From positions 87,172,001 to 87,236,000 of the forward strand of contig OZ024745.1 of the NCBI GenBank assembly GCA_964016885.1: a DNA stretch of 64,000 nt, given 5' to 3'. Below are positions 1 through 13,662 of the stretch, in pieces. This DNA comes from Eledone cirrhosa. Its lineage: Eukaryota. The notes under the pieces were generated by a model, which saw nothing but the letters and a program-made list of their open reading frames with translations, had not been told where the DNA came from and searched no databases. The first letter of the stretch is position 1, and each line of letters starts with the position of its first letter. The translations under genes were made by a program, and so were the position numbers.

Positions 1-275
1 TTCAACACATTAATTACCGAGAATATCTACCAGCCATACTTAACAGACAGTTTATGAATTTTTTAAACCTGAACGGACCCCGTGGAGGGTTCCATGATAT
101 TTACGATACCTCAGTTGATTCCACATTAAGAAATGGATTTTCGACGGCAGCTTTCCGGTTCGGTCATTCAATGGTTCGTTCGGTCTTCAGCAAGTTATCG
201 TCAAGCTTCAACTCGGTTTTCGGCTCACCAACCTTACTGAAAACTATGTATGGTAAAACTGAAGGAATTCTTCAG
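1..275 (+). CDS. Internal exon of an animal heme peroxidase (peroxidasin/chorion peroxidase/peroxinectin-like), containing the proximal heme His
   Basis: The frame from position 3 reads QHINYREYLPAILN...FSTAAFRFGHSMV..., matching the family motifs QHIxYxEYLP and AAFRFGHS. It ends at CAG|GTATG (phase-0 donor at 276). The exon starts before the window. Confidence 0.92.
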
Positions 276-332
276 GTATGACTATTCTGTTGATATATTT
301 TTCTATAGGTTTATAAAATTCATCTTTGTGTA

Positions 333-500
333 GGCTGAAGATTCTGCCACACAGCGAGAAATTCTGAGGAGCGATGTAGGGAATTGTGACCTTCAAATGT
401 TGTCCCATGTTTCATCTCATTGCTCGCTACCTTAAGCAAGTGTCTTCTGCTGAGGCTTCGAGTTGACTCTTGGTTTGTGAATGGAATTTAGTAGATTAAA
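333..500 (+). mobile_element. Degenerate SINE-like fragment
   Basis: ccttaagcaagtgtcttctgct...ttgtgaatggaatttagtaga followed by (TA)n resembles, from memory, the body of octopus tRNA-derived SINEs. It is heavily decayed. Confidence 0.35.
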
Positions 501-524
501 AGAGTATATATATATTGTTGTTGA

Positions 525-571
<47 letters not shown>

Positions 572-574
<3 letters not shown>

Positions 575-699
575 TGAAATTCCCGGGGTATAAAAGTCAT
601 TCGTTGTAAGGAATAATTCTTTATAACGAAATCGACCAAACACATCGTTATACTGAAAACTTCGTTATAATGGTATTCGTTATAACGGAATTTTACCTG
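572..699. mobile_element. Small MITE, Tc1/mariner-pogo-like
   Basis: Imperfect terminal inverted repeats CAGTGAAATTCC / GGAATTTTACCTG, flanked by TA on both sides, with internal cgttata(a) repeats. Confidence 0.55.
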
Positions 700-834
700 T
701 ATATATATATTTATATAAAAAAAATTGAGATGACAGATAACATTTCTTAAAACATTTAACTTTTTACAATTGTTTCAACACATTTCTCAATAAAATACCT
801 AACCAAGATAGACATAATAAAACATAACAGTAAT

Positions 835-941
835 AATTGTTTCTACTTTAGGCACAAGGCCAGCAATTACCCAGTACATTACTGGTACTTTATTTTATCG
901 ACCCCCGTAAGGATGAAAGGCAAAGTTAACCTCCGCGGGAT
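835..941 (-). mobile_element. 5'-truncated copy of tRNA-derived SINE family A
   Basis: Reverse complement of the 3' half of the SINE at 2908 (tttgcctttcatccttacggggtcgataaaataaagtaccag...gtagaaacaatt). Confidence 0.85.
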
Positions 942-2345
942 AATAATTATACAAACTTAATCATTCGTTAAAATAAACACCTCAGTGTCGTATAATCAGG
1001 GCGAGTTGCAAACAGTTTATTATCAAATGTGTTCTCTTTTAAATGTCGATTAAAGATCTCGTTGCTGTAAAATTCTACATCATCTACTTGTACTTAACTA
1101 TATTTTCGTTCTCAGAAGATTTGTTTCGTTTTTTATTGACTAAATACAATATAAAATTTTAGAAGGTAAGTGAATAGTCAATTCAATTGATCTGTGTATA
1201 ACTGGTATGTTTTGCTAATTCCGGTTGAATGGAAAATGAAAAGCAAGACAGAGAGACTAAACTAAATTACTACATTCGATCCATTGTTCATCTGTTCCTA
1301 TCCTCTCACTCTTATTAACTATTCTCTTTTGACTGAGCGCAAAGACAACCTTTGTAAGAGAGCTGATGTAGTCTATTAAATCATTTTCTGGTATTTATTT
1401 TCTTAGCTCCGAGAGCATGAAAATCGAAATCGAACATTGAGAGACTTGAACGGAAACGTAGAAGGAAAGAAACTAATGTGTTAGACACTGCTCTGATGTC
1501 GGTGTCAAGACGCTATTCTTCCTCTCCCCCTCCCCAGTCTTCTGTAACACAAAAGTCCTAGCCTTTCCCATCCTTTTCCGTTTTCATAACCATAAAAGAC
1601 ACTTGTATGTTCAATGTAACTCTACTTTGTGTAGTGAGAACTTTTTATTTGATTATATATACTCGCAGAAAACCACTCCGCGGGTAGTTTTCTGCTAGCA
1701 TGTGTAGTGTGTATACTGATATTATACGCAAATATATGCATGTAGATATGATATGTCAAATAAAATCCTAATTGACAATATCCACAGAAATTGAAGAGAG
1801 TCTGTGTTACACTCTCTTCTGCAATCAGTAAAATAACCCATGATACATTTAAAAAAGACGATATTATGTGTAAACTGCATTAGGATAAAATTAGCAACGG
1901 AAATATATGCGATGTTTTTATAAGTGTTATAATATAACGGGCACTACCCGGAAGTGTTGACATTTTAAATTATTCATATTTAATCAAGAGTTACGAAATT
2001 TAGTACACAAATTGTGTAAAATTCATTCATTATTTATCCAAAGATATCCAACTTATTTTACAAACGGGATAAAAAAATATACTCTGGACGCAGTCCCGCA
2101 CTCCTTTTTTATTATAGTTAAGATAATGTTGAAAGCGATAGAAGGCTAAACAATGTAAAATGGACTGTAAGATGAGGTAACGAAAAGTAAAAGTAACCTG
2201 GTAATCTTTGTTTTGTTGTTGTTCTTTTATATATGTTCAATATTTGAATAAACCTTAAGTAAGTAAAAGATAAACAGAAAAAAACAAAGTAAACCACACC
2301 TTGAAGAAACATATTAGTTTAACGCTTGAAATAACAGGAAGACAG

Positions 2346-2381
2346 TCTTAACGTTTCGGACACTAGACCTTCATCAGAAGA
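2346..2381 (-). ncRNA. Minimal type I hammerhead ribozyme motif (pLTR remnant in the peroxidase intron)
   Basis: Minus strand: tctt CTGATGA aggtctagtgtcc GAAA cg TT aaga. Helix I tctt/aaga, ACGT palindrome at helix III, imperfect helix II. Confidence 0.6.
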
Positions 2382-2568
2382 TAGAGTTAGAAATAGAAGA
2401 TACATAGAAAGAAATGAGTGAGTAGAGGAAGGGACGCAGAAAATATGAGAAAAATAAAGGGGGAGAAAAAAACCACACGTGCATATTCAGACATCTTGGA
2501 TTTATGTTTGTGTTATTTTGTTTTTTATATTAAGGAATAGTTTATTTCCTTCAATATTATATTTACAG

Positions 2569-2861
2569 AACCAGCCTGAATCCGTCGATGCATTTGTTCG
2601 TGGACTAGTTACCGATGCCTCTCAGAATGCCGATCGTTTTATGAGTAAGCAGTTAACAGACCATCTATTTGAAGATAATTTTGGCAATAGCCTTGATCTT
2701 GCTTCATTCAATATTCAACGAGGACGAGACCATGGTATCCCCCCTTACAACGTTTGGAGACAGTGGTGTGATTTTTCCACGGCTACGCACTTTGGTATTG
2801 GACCAGATGGACTTATCGATCATTCTATTGATTCGGCTAACAGATTAAAGAGCATTTACTC
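2569..2861 (+). CDS. Next exon of the heme peroxidase
   Basis: Acceptor tttacag|AAC is phase 0, matching the upstream donor. Reads NQPESVDAFVRGL...DLASFNIQRGRDHGIPPYN...LKSIY, containing the DLxxxNIQRGRDHG signature. Donor TC|GTGAG is phase 2. Confidence 0.93.
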
Positions 2862-2907
2862 GTGAGGATCTATCTATATTATTTGACTATTTCATCGCTG
2901 ATTTATT

Positions 2908-3284
2908 GGATTGGCAGTATCGGTAGAGGGTCGGACGCCATGCTTTGCGGCACAGAGTTACGTCCCTTTACGGACCAAGTTCAAATCCCGCCGTGGTTAA
3001 CTTTGCCTTTCATCCTTACGGGGTCGATAAAATAAAGTACCAGTAATGTACTGGGTAATTACTGGCCTTGTGCCAAATGTAGAAACAATTATTATATTGG
3101 ATTGGCAGTATCGGTAGAGGGCCGGACACCATGCTTAGCAGCAAAGAGTTACGACCCTTTATGGTCTGAGTTCAAATCCCGCCGAGGTCAGCTTTGCCTT
3201 TCATCCTTATGGGGTCGATAAAATAAAGTACCAGTAATACACTGGAATAATTACTGGCCTTGTGCCAAAAGTAGAAACAATTAT
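2908..3284 (+). mobile_element. Two tandem copies of tRNA-derived SINE family A (~2908-3090, ~3099-3284)
   Basis: Each has an A-box-like tggcagtatcgg, a B-box gttcaaatccc, a conserved body gcctttcatccttacggggtcgataaaataaagtaccag and an AT-rich tail. Confidence 0.88.
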
Positions 3285-3773
3285 TTAATATAAAAATATA
3301 TAATGATATTCACATCAAATTATTGAGAACCTTAATTACTTTGGTTAATTACTTCAACTCGGGATCCACAGACATACTAGCTAATTCTAGCTGAAGCAGT
3401 ACGCTTCTTTCAAAAAGAGAGTTTGCACCTTGTGAGCATCTCCTGACTCCATCAGAAGGGACAGAATACAGTTAATAATTGAAGTATTGACTAGTTATTA
3501 AACACAACGAACTAACATGAATTTTATAATTAACGTGACCTCCATTAATCGAGATCAACCGAGACTTCGTTTCACTCCATTACTGATATATTATGTGTAA
3601 AATTATAGAGGAAATGGCACAGCTTCCAGAATCAATGACTAAACATGCATTAAATATTACTGATACAGAGAGATATTTCATAGATTCAAAGAGAGTGTTA
3701 TTGTATTGCGATAACTTTGACAAATACCGCAAAGAGATGGGATATATTCACATATCCTGAAAGGCAAAGTTAA

Positions 3774-3878
3774 TCCCGCCGAGGTTAACTTTGCATTTCA
3801 TCCTTACGGAGACGATAAAATAAAGTACCGGTAATGCACTGGAATAATTGCTGGCCTTGTGCCAGACGTAGAAACAAT
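3774..3878 (+). mobile_element. Truncated SINE family A with a short inverted 5' piece
   Basis: Same body as 2908, preceded by inverted tgaaaggcaaagttaa. Confidence 0.8.
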
Positions 3879-4074
3879 TATATATATTTGAAATGCAGAT
3901 ACAGACACACCCATAGACAAATACTCACAGACGCACATACACACACACACACACATATATATTTATATATATATACATCTTTATAAATAAATATATATAT
4001 ATATTTGTTTATAAATATATATATATGTATATATATATGTGTGTGTATATATATATATATAAATATATATATAT

Positions 4075-4152
<78 letters not shown>

Positions 4153-4246
4153 CACACACATACACACAAAGTATCGTCTTCCTGTCTTCCTCCGGTTGCA
4201 ACGTTTTTTGAAATATCCACTTCTGCGTTTACAGATTGACTTTGTT

Positions 4247-4297
4247 AGTTTCAGAAGATCCCGTTAAGGGTGAAAGCAGCGATTCTTTGCTTAAACT
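4247..4297 (+). ncRNA. Hammerhead-like motif with CAGAAGA core in a dispersed repeat (other copies at ~13008, 16726-16776 and 27767-27817 minus)
   Basis: agttt CAGAAGA tccc-gttaa-gggt GAAA gca-(9 nt)-tgc TT aaact. Helix I extends through an internal loop (agattga/ttaatct). Confidence 0.6.
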
Positions 4298-4344
4298 TTA
4301 ATCTCTTATTTTAATATATTTATATATATATATATATACATATA

Positions 4345-6764
4345 TTGAAGTTTCCGTTGAAAATTGAAAAAGTCATAGGAATGAAGAGTGCTCTATGTAA
4401 GTACCAGAGCAAAATTTAATGTATAATAAACAATACAATATAATTACCTCATTACCAGAGGTTTCCCGAATAAGACGAATACGAAAAACGTCCTCATTCG
4501 TTCGTCGTACAAGGCAATTTAAAACATAGTGAAATATTTGAAAAGTTCCCTCAAGAAAGGCAAGAGTTTAACGGGCAAAAAATATATAAATAAAAGTAAT
4601 GCAAGAGATATATAAAAAAATAAGGAAATATAGTTAGGGTATGTGTATATGTATGCATATACACTCACAAATGTACATATGTGTGTATGTACAAATGCAT
4701 GTGTATGGTGAAAATGTGTGCGTAAGTACATATATGAGGGCAAGTATATTTGTGTATATGTGACCACAAATACGTATATAATATGAGTTGAAGAAGAAAT
4801 TGTAAGATAATATAGTTAACACGTATCTAGATACAGGTATTAAATACACATACGAGTATGAAAGCACGCGTATAAACACACACACACGCGCGGTCACTTA
4901 TATGCGGAAGATAAAGAAGGAAGGGAGTGTAATAGTAAAAAGAAGTGTTATTCTCGATATATATATAAAAATGAAACAATATATGAGAATGAAAAAACAT
5001 TTTAAATCAAAGAGAAAGTAATCAAATAACACTAGAAAAAAGAAAACAGACATAGGTACGCACGTACGCACACATATATAAAGATATTTATACACACAAA
5101 TACGTACAGACAAAAGCGCATGCATGCGTACATACATACATACGAGGCACGTATATATATATATATATATCGCCACATGTATATCTAATCACACGTACGT
5201 ACGCGACTATATATATATATACATATATACATATACACCCATACATACGTATACGTATACACACATATACATACACATACACATACATTCACCCGCATAC
5301 ACACACCCGTATAAATAAGTATGTAACAAACATAGATATAAAAAAACATAGATATAAAAACACACATACACACACATATATATACGTACGCACGCACACA
5401 TACGGAGGCGTTCGTATACATATACATCACGTATACACACATATGCACGCTCACACGCATAGATACAGATTATAAACCAGCCGTATGAATAAATGAGTAC
5501 AAATATAAAATCGGCTGCGAAACAACAGAATATATAAAACGCAAGTGACATGTGGTATCAGGTAGTGAAAGAAAATGGGGAAGTATAGTGTGGAATGTGA
5601 AGATATTAGGTAAGTGAATCGAAAAGTAGGGGGGGGGGGGGGTACTGGTGGATGTGAAGTCAAAATAAAAATAAAATTATAAATAAAGTTAAAAATGAAA
5701 GTAAATCAGAAAGAGAAGTCTGTAAAGAGGATAATTTAAGGAAAGTGAAGAATAAGAGTTTATGAAGGTTAAGTATCTGAAAGTGAGTTAAGTTCATATG
5801 AGCTGGAAAGCAAGTGTGATTTCATGTGTGGGCAACTGGTGAAAATTTCTGTTTTTGTATTTAGGCAGGTTTTCAGACATCCAGAAAAAAAATTCACAAC
5901 AGCTCTGGTTAGCAGAATATAGGATTTGAAAGACGAAGGTATCCAATATAAATTGGATTGGTCAATTTTGAACCAATCTAAAGAATATGCAAGAGGAACA
6001 AGAAGATGCACACTGCATAAGTGTAAAATATTGGATTTTACAGAACTTAAATCACCAAAAACCTGCCAAAATACAAAAACAGAAATTATCACCAGTTGCC
6101 CACACATGAAATCACACTTGCTTTCCAGCTCATATAAACTTAACTCACTTTCAGATACTTATCCTCCATAAACTCTTATTCTTCACTTTCCTTAAATTAT
6201 CCTCTTTACAGACTTCTCTTACTGATTTACTTTTATTTTTAACTTTATTTTTAATTTTATTTTTATTTTGACTTCACATCCACCAGTAACCCCGCCCCCC
6301 AACTTTTCGATTCACTTACCTAATATCTTCACTTTCCACATTTTACTTCCCCATTTTCTTTCACTACCTGATACTTCTGTCACTTGCGTTTTCCACTCCA
6401 GATATATTCTGTTGTTTCGCAGCCGATTTTATGTTTGTACTCATTTATTCATACGGCTGGTTTATAATCTGTATCTATGCGTGTGAGCGTGCATATGTGT
6501 GTATACGTTCTGTATATGTATACGAACGCCTCCGTATGTGTGCGTGCGTACGTATATATATGTGTGTGTATGTGTGTTTTTATATTTATGTTTTTTTATA
6601 TCTATGTTTTTTACATACTTATTTATACGTGTGTGTGTATGCGGGTGAATGTATGTGTAGGTGTATGTATATGTGTGTATATGTATACGTATGTATGGGT
6701 GTGTATGTATACATGTATATATATATATAGTCGCGTACGTACGTGTGATTAGATATACATGTGG

Positions 6765-6814
<50 letters not shown>

Positions 6815-7550
6815 GTGCCTCGTGTGTATGTATGTACGCATGCATGCGCTTTTGTCTGTACGGATTTGTGTGTATAAATATTTTTTTTATATATATATAT
6901 ATGTGTGTGAACGTGCGTACCTATGTTTGTTTTCTTTTTTCTAGTGTTAATTGATTACTTTCTCTTTGATTTAAACATTTTTTCATTCTCATATATTGTT
7001 TCATTTTTATACATATACCGAGAATGACACTTCTTTTTACTATTACACTCCCTTCCCTCTTTATCTTCCGCATATAAGTGACCGCGCGTGTGTGTGTGTT
7101 TATACGCGTGCTTTCATACTCGTATGTGTATTTAATACCTGTATCTGGATGCGTGTTAGCTATATTATCTTACAATTTCTTTTTCAACTCATATTATATA
7201 CGTATTTGTGGTCACATATACACAAATATACTTGCCCTCATATACTTACGCACACATTTTCACCATACACATGCATTTGTACATACACACATATGTACAT
7301 TTGTGAGTGTATATGCATACATATACACATATCCTATCTATATTTCCTTATTTTTTTATATATCTCTTGCATTACTTTTATTTATATATTTTTTTCCCGT
7401 TAAACTCTTGCCTTTCTTGAGGAGACTTTTCAAATATTTCACTATGTTTTAAATAGCCTTGTACGACGAATGAATGAGGACGTTTTTCGTATTCGTCTTA
7501 TTCGGGAAACCTCTGGTAATGAGGTAATTATATTGTATTGTTTATTATAC

Positions 7551-7552
<2 letters not shown>
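4345..7552 (+). mobile_element. Highly 5'-truncated Naiad-like PLE: GIY-YIG C-terminal remnant plus pLTR, with a ~1.45 kb inverted copy
   Basis: ~4420-5875 is the reverse complement of ~6055-7550. The centre encodes DLKDEGIQYKLDWSILNQSKEYARGTRRC...KTEIITSCPH, similar to the end of ORF 36452-36970. Confidence 0.85.
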
Positions 7553-7603
<51 letters not shown>

Positions 7604-7631
7604 TCATATATACATATACACATATATACAC

Positions 7632-7669
<38 letters not shown>

Positions 7670-7872
7670 TCATATATACATATACACATATATACACATA
7701 TACATATATATATATTTATATATATATATATATACACATATATACACATATACATTATATATATATATATATACATATATATTCATATATATATACACAA
7801 ACATACATATATATATACATATATATATATACACATATTCACACATATATACATATATACACACTCATACAC

Positions 7873-7913
<41 letters not shown>

Positions 7914-8367
7914 GTATTAGTTATACTATTTATGGTTATATAAATACAAAACCTTATGCAGTTATAAGTATTTTACACACACCCTAAATAGTGGTAGGCA
8001 GTAATGTATTAAAATACAGGTTAAAATACAACACGCTTATCTTCATGTTGTATTTTAACCTGTATTTTTGATTTTTGATTGTACCTCTTAATATAAATGT
8101 AATCTCGAAGTGTGTACTGCCACTCTAAATACTGTAATGAATGTTGACCCACAATGTTTGAATATGTATCAATGTTTGAATATGTATCGGTATGTCTCTC
8201 GGCTGAAAAGGAGGTCATATAACTGTCCATGCATTAATAAATTGCTCCGAAGAATCCAAACCTCGGTTTGGAGGAAACAGCTGTAAGCACAATAATGTTT
8301 TGAACAGTTCTTTGATTCTTATATTTCATATATATACATATATATTTATATATATATATATATCTAT

Positions 8368-9014
<647 letters not shown>

Positions 9015-9015
9015 C

Positions 9016-9069
<54 letters not shown>

Positions 9070-9359
9070 GGAGTTAACCACTGTAAGTTGTGGGGTCTAT
9101 TCTGTATGAAGAACCCAATGTAATCCATATGTTGAAAATGTTGTAGATTAGGATAAATCGCAGAAAACAATAAAACATTAAAAGGAAATCAGAGTCATGA
9201 TATAAGTTAAAACAATCAAATAAAAAATCAAGTCATTAGAGATATACTTCACTGCTTTACGATAGTTTCTAGATGGTGATAATACATTGTATCTATACTC
9301 AGTTATTGATCTATGTAAGTTTACAAACTATCATATAGAGAGAATATTTACTTACATGC

Positions 9360-10133
9360 ATATCACCAGCTGTTTTCAAAAGCAATACTAATTTTATTCA
9401 ATAATAATTTTACTCAGCATTAGTATCAAGTCCATAATTGGAGGTAGATGAAGAACTAACGAATCAAATTGTTTTTTTCATATGGTGTTAAGATGAAAAG
9501 TTATACACTTTAGTTGAGGTCATGACTCTTTGAAAGGAATGGTTGAAAGGTGTTAGTAGAAATGGCATAAAAATCTATTAGGAAGGAAGGGGATTGTCAA
9601 ACTGATAGTTGAATGTATCTTGTATAGTGAGTTTAAAGGGAATGTGAAAATAAATGGTGATTATTGTTGTATTGAATTTTAAGGTGAATATAAATTAATG
9701 TTATGGCTAGGAAATATAGTATATTAAAAGATGAAAAGTATAATAAGATAATGATATATAGTAATGCGATAATATACAACTTAACCAACACAATATAGTA
9801 CGGTGTGGTAAATTGCACTCAGTATATTATAACATATTATACGTCCTAAAATATTACTAAGTATGTTTATGCATAAACAATCAAACTCAGATAAGTACAT
9901 GTTGGCATAGTTAAAACACAGAAATTTCATAGTCTACAAAGTTCATATATTCACATTACATATAGACAGAGGTGCAGTTATATTGATATCCAACCAAAAT
10001 ATACATACGTACAAATAGATGCAAACCTAAATACACATCCACACGCATGCATAAAAACAAATATATACATATCCATACATATCTATATTCACACATACAC
10101 ATCTATACCCCATATATACATATACACATACAC

Positions 10134-10196
<63 letters not shown>

Positions 10197-10447
10197 TATA
10201 CATACATATATACATGTACATACATATACACACACACATACATACATATATACATAAACATATACAGACACACACACATATATATATATATATACATATA
10301 CAACGCACACACACACACATACACACATATATATACACACTTGTGTGAGTATATGTACACTCCTCTTACATGTGCACATACTCATATATAAACATTCATA
10401 CACCTATACTCACATATATACACACATACACACATATATATATATAC

Positions 10448-10525
<78 letters not shown>

Positions 10526-10807
10526 GTCTCAAGGCTCTGATACCATCAGCAATAAACACAGAGCTGGCATATCTAAGAACTGACTGATGGTCATAGCCAT
10601 TCAATGGCTATCATCGAAATATATATAGCAGTAAATAAAGGATTATGAGTTCATGCAATTGACTTATGTTTCGTCACTATATATATATACATATATATAC
10701 ACATATACATACATATACATATACATACACACACATACACACATACATACACAAGCATATACATATATACACATATACACATACATAAACACATACACAC
10801 ACACACA

Positions 10808-10845
<38 letters not shown>

Positions 10846-12785
10846 AATATATACACACATAAATATATTTCTATATCATACATAGATGTTTATTCTTACT
10901 CATGCAATTACGGGTGCCTGTGTATCTTGTTGCCTTTAGTCATTAACGCATAAATCTAAGGAACTAAAACATTAAAAGGCAAAAATAAGCATGAAAGCAT
11001 ATAATTAGGGGAAAGAGGTACTAATAAATGTCATTCTGTACAGAATTATAGTGTGTTGCTATTTAGAATATTTAATTAGGTTTACAGTATTTAATTAGGT
11101 TTATAGTAATTAAATGTTTTTCGTATACGGTGATTACAGACTATGATCAATTCCTGTCTTTTATTTAATAATCGTCCTTAGATTTAGTAAATTCCAAGAT
11201 CTCTCCTGAACATAATCTGCATTCCCTCCTGTTTCCAAGATATGGACTTTTTTGTAGAATGGTGTTCCACGATAACTTAAAATCTATTTTTTCTTTTTAT
11301 AATTATTTACCGCTTTAGCTAAAGATGTGGTGTTTGTTTGTTAAAACTACTAGAGTGTGCGTAAAATCTTTTCTTAAATGTGTTTGATGTAGATCCTATA
11401 TATGTTTTGTTGGAGTCTGTAGTAGACACAGTGCATTTATATATTACATTATTAATCAAACAGTTTCAATTTAAGGGGCAAATGCTTCTATTTCTGCAAT
11501 TACAGCCATACGTAAGATGATTGTTGCGGGTGCCTATACTATTCTCATTTATCCTTGAGCTATTCCTATTGTAATTAATGATAGCAGGAGAATGAAGGTT
11601 GCTTTGTGGGTGGTTTGGTGCTAGAGTTGTACTGTAATTTTGTATTCTGTTGTTTTTGTTTTGGTGATTTGGGTGGTTGTGTTTTCTAGGTTGAAGGATT
11701 GTATTTGTCTTTTTAAAAGGTTTCAGTCCTATTTAAATTATATTGCGGTGGTGTAGTCATATTATTTTAAAGTTTATAAATGTTGTAGTTGCTTATTTTT
11801 TGTTTGAGATTGTTTGATGTAGACTATGAGAATTTAACAGTATATTTGTTAAATATTTAGTGGTATCATGTGGTTTGGTGGAAAATGTTTATGTAGTATT
11901 TCAAATAATTTTTTGGGGATTTGTCCAATAGTTTGCAGGTTGAAGGGTGCGTTGTACCATGTTATGTTTCTTTTGCGGTTTTTAGTTAAGTTGTTATTAT
12001 CCCTTATATTATTGTGTTGTGTTCTAGAAGAGTTCCTATGGTTAGTGTCCTTATTTGAGGAATTTGGTAAATCATCGTGGTTGTATTTGGTGTTATTTGT
12101 GGGTGGATTATGAGATTTTGAATGCTTGGTGTTCATATGTGGGTTGATAACATTGGTCATAGATCGTGTAGTAATAGTTGTTGTCGTTTTTCGGTTGTTT
12201 GGTGTTATAGGAATAACCGCTTTAGCTATTGGTTTCAATGGTATTTTTTGGTGTTTGTAGTTTTTGTTAGGTTTTATGTTTTGGTCCATAGTAGTGTTGG
12301 GGATATATTAGATTATTTCTTAATATCCACTTCTAGTTAAGGCCTCGCCGTACTATATTGTGTTGGTTAAGTTGTATATTATCGCATTACTATATATCAT
12401 TATCTTATTATAATTTTCATCTTTTAATATACTATCTTTCTTAGCCATAACATTAATCTATATTCACCTTAAAACTCAATACAACAATAATCACCAATAA
12501 TTTTAACATTCCTTTTAAATTCACTATACAAGATACATTCAACTATCAGTTTGACAATCCCCTTCCTTCCTAATATATTTTTATGCCATTTCTACTAACA
12601 CCTTTCAAACATTTCTTTCAAAGGGTCATGATCTCAACTAAAGTGTATTACTTTTCATCTTAACACCATATGAAAAAAACAATTTGATTCGTTATTTCTT
12701 CAACTACCTCCAAATATGGACATGATACTAATTCTGAGTAAAATTATTATTGAATAAAATTATTATTGCTTTTGAAAACAGCTCC
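9360..12785 (-). mobile_element. Decayed Naiad-like PLE, 3' half, with inverted pLTR
   Basis: Minus strand encodes RKRNITWYNAPF, GCNCRNRSICPLN*NC and a GIY-YIG region at ~11085-12340, with stops and frameshifts. ~9365-9850 is the reverse complement of ~12350-12785. Confidence 0.85.
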
Positions 12786-13189
12786 TAATGTAAATTATAT
12801 TGGGTGTGGTTGTCTTTTAGACTCCAGATATAAGATGAAAGTGACGTCATATTCCTTCTTAGAGGGTAACGAAAAGAATGGGTATGCATGTAAAGACGCT
12901 GCTTGAATCTATTGGCGGTTAACCCTATGTAGGCCCTACGGGACGTGGGTGTTTCAACCTTACATTTGTAGACAATGTTACTTCTGCGTTTACAGATTGA
13001 TTTTGTTAGTTTCAGAAGATCCAGTTAAGGGGTAAAGAAACGATTCTTTGCTTAAACTTTAATCTGTTATTTTAATAAATATTTGTACTACGGTTCTTAT
13101 ATATTTGTTAAATATTTATCCTTATCGAGCCCTCTTTGCATTCTAGTCTTCTAATTTATTATTATTACTATCATTATTATTATTATTAA

Positions 13190-13368
13190 GGGCGGTGGAT
13201 TGGCAGTCGGACGCGGTGCTTTGACGGATAGAGTTACGTCCCTTGCCATTCTGAGTTCAAATCCCGCCGAGGTTAACTTTGCCTTTCATCCTCACGGGGT
13301 CGATGAAATAAAGTACCAGTAATGCACTGGGTAATTGCTGGCCTTGTGCCTAAAAGTAGAAACAATTA
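13190..13368 (+). mobile_element. SINE family A
   Basis: gggcggtggattggcag...gttcaaatcccgcc...gtagaaacaatt followed by an (att)n tail. Confidence 0.88.
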
Positions 13369-13374
13369 TTATTA

Positions 13375-13422
<48 letters not shown>

Positions 13423-13531
13423 CACACATACATATATGCATATACATATACACATATACACACATATATACACATATATATACACACATATATACACATA
13501 TATATATACATATATACACACATATATACAC

Positions 13532-13595
<64 letters not shown>

Positions 13596-13629
13596 TTACA
13601 CATATATACATATATATATATACATACAT

Positions 13630-13661
<32 letters not shown>

Positions 13662-13662
<1 letters not shown>

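Noticed and set aside
1664-1698. Hairpin followed by CTAG as a Helitron 3' end
   Set aside because: It is a single occurrence, the hairpin directly overlaps the CTAG without the usual spacer, and no matching 5' end or second copy was seen.
2908-2995. tRNA genes at SINE heads (also 61327)
   Set aside because: A and B boxes are present but there is no complete cloverleaf. They continue into a repeated SINE body.
7408-7527. Possible hammerhead ending GAAAcctctggTA in the 4.3-7.5 kb pLTR
   Set aside because: Helix III matches the 37377 family, but no convincing CUGANGA core with a paired helix I could be assigned.
9250-9420. CTGAGTA...GAAA motifs on the minus strand (also at ~12733 plus)
   Set aside because: The core is non-canonical and no helix I closes the junction.
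11461-11510. In-frame TGA near the Cys motif as selenocysteine (some Naiad PLEs are reported to be selenoproteins)
   Set aside because: The TGA falls at a non-Cys position (CPLN*NC, Gly in the 36 kb and 54 kb relatives), all four Cys are normal codons, and the copy has other disabling lesions.
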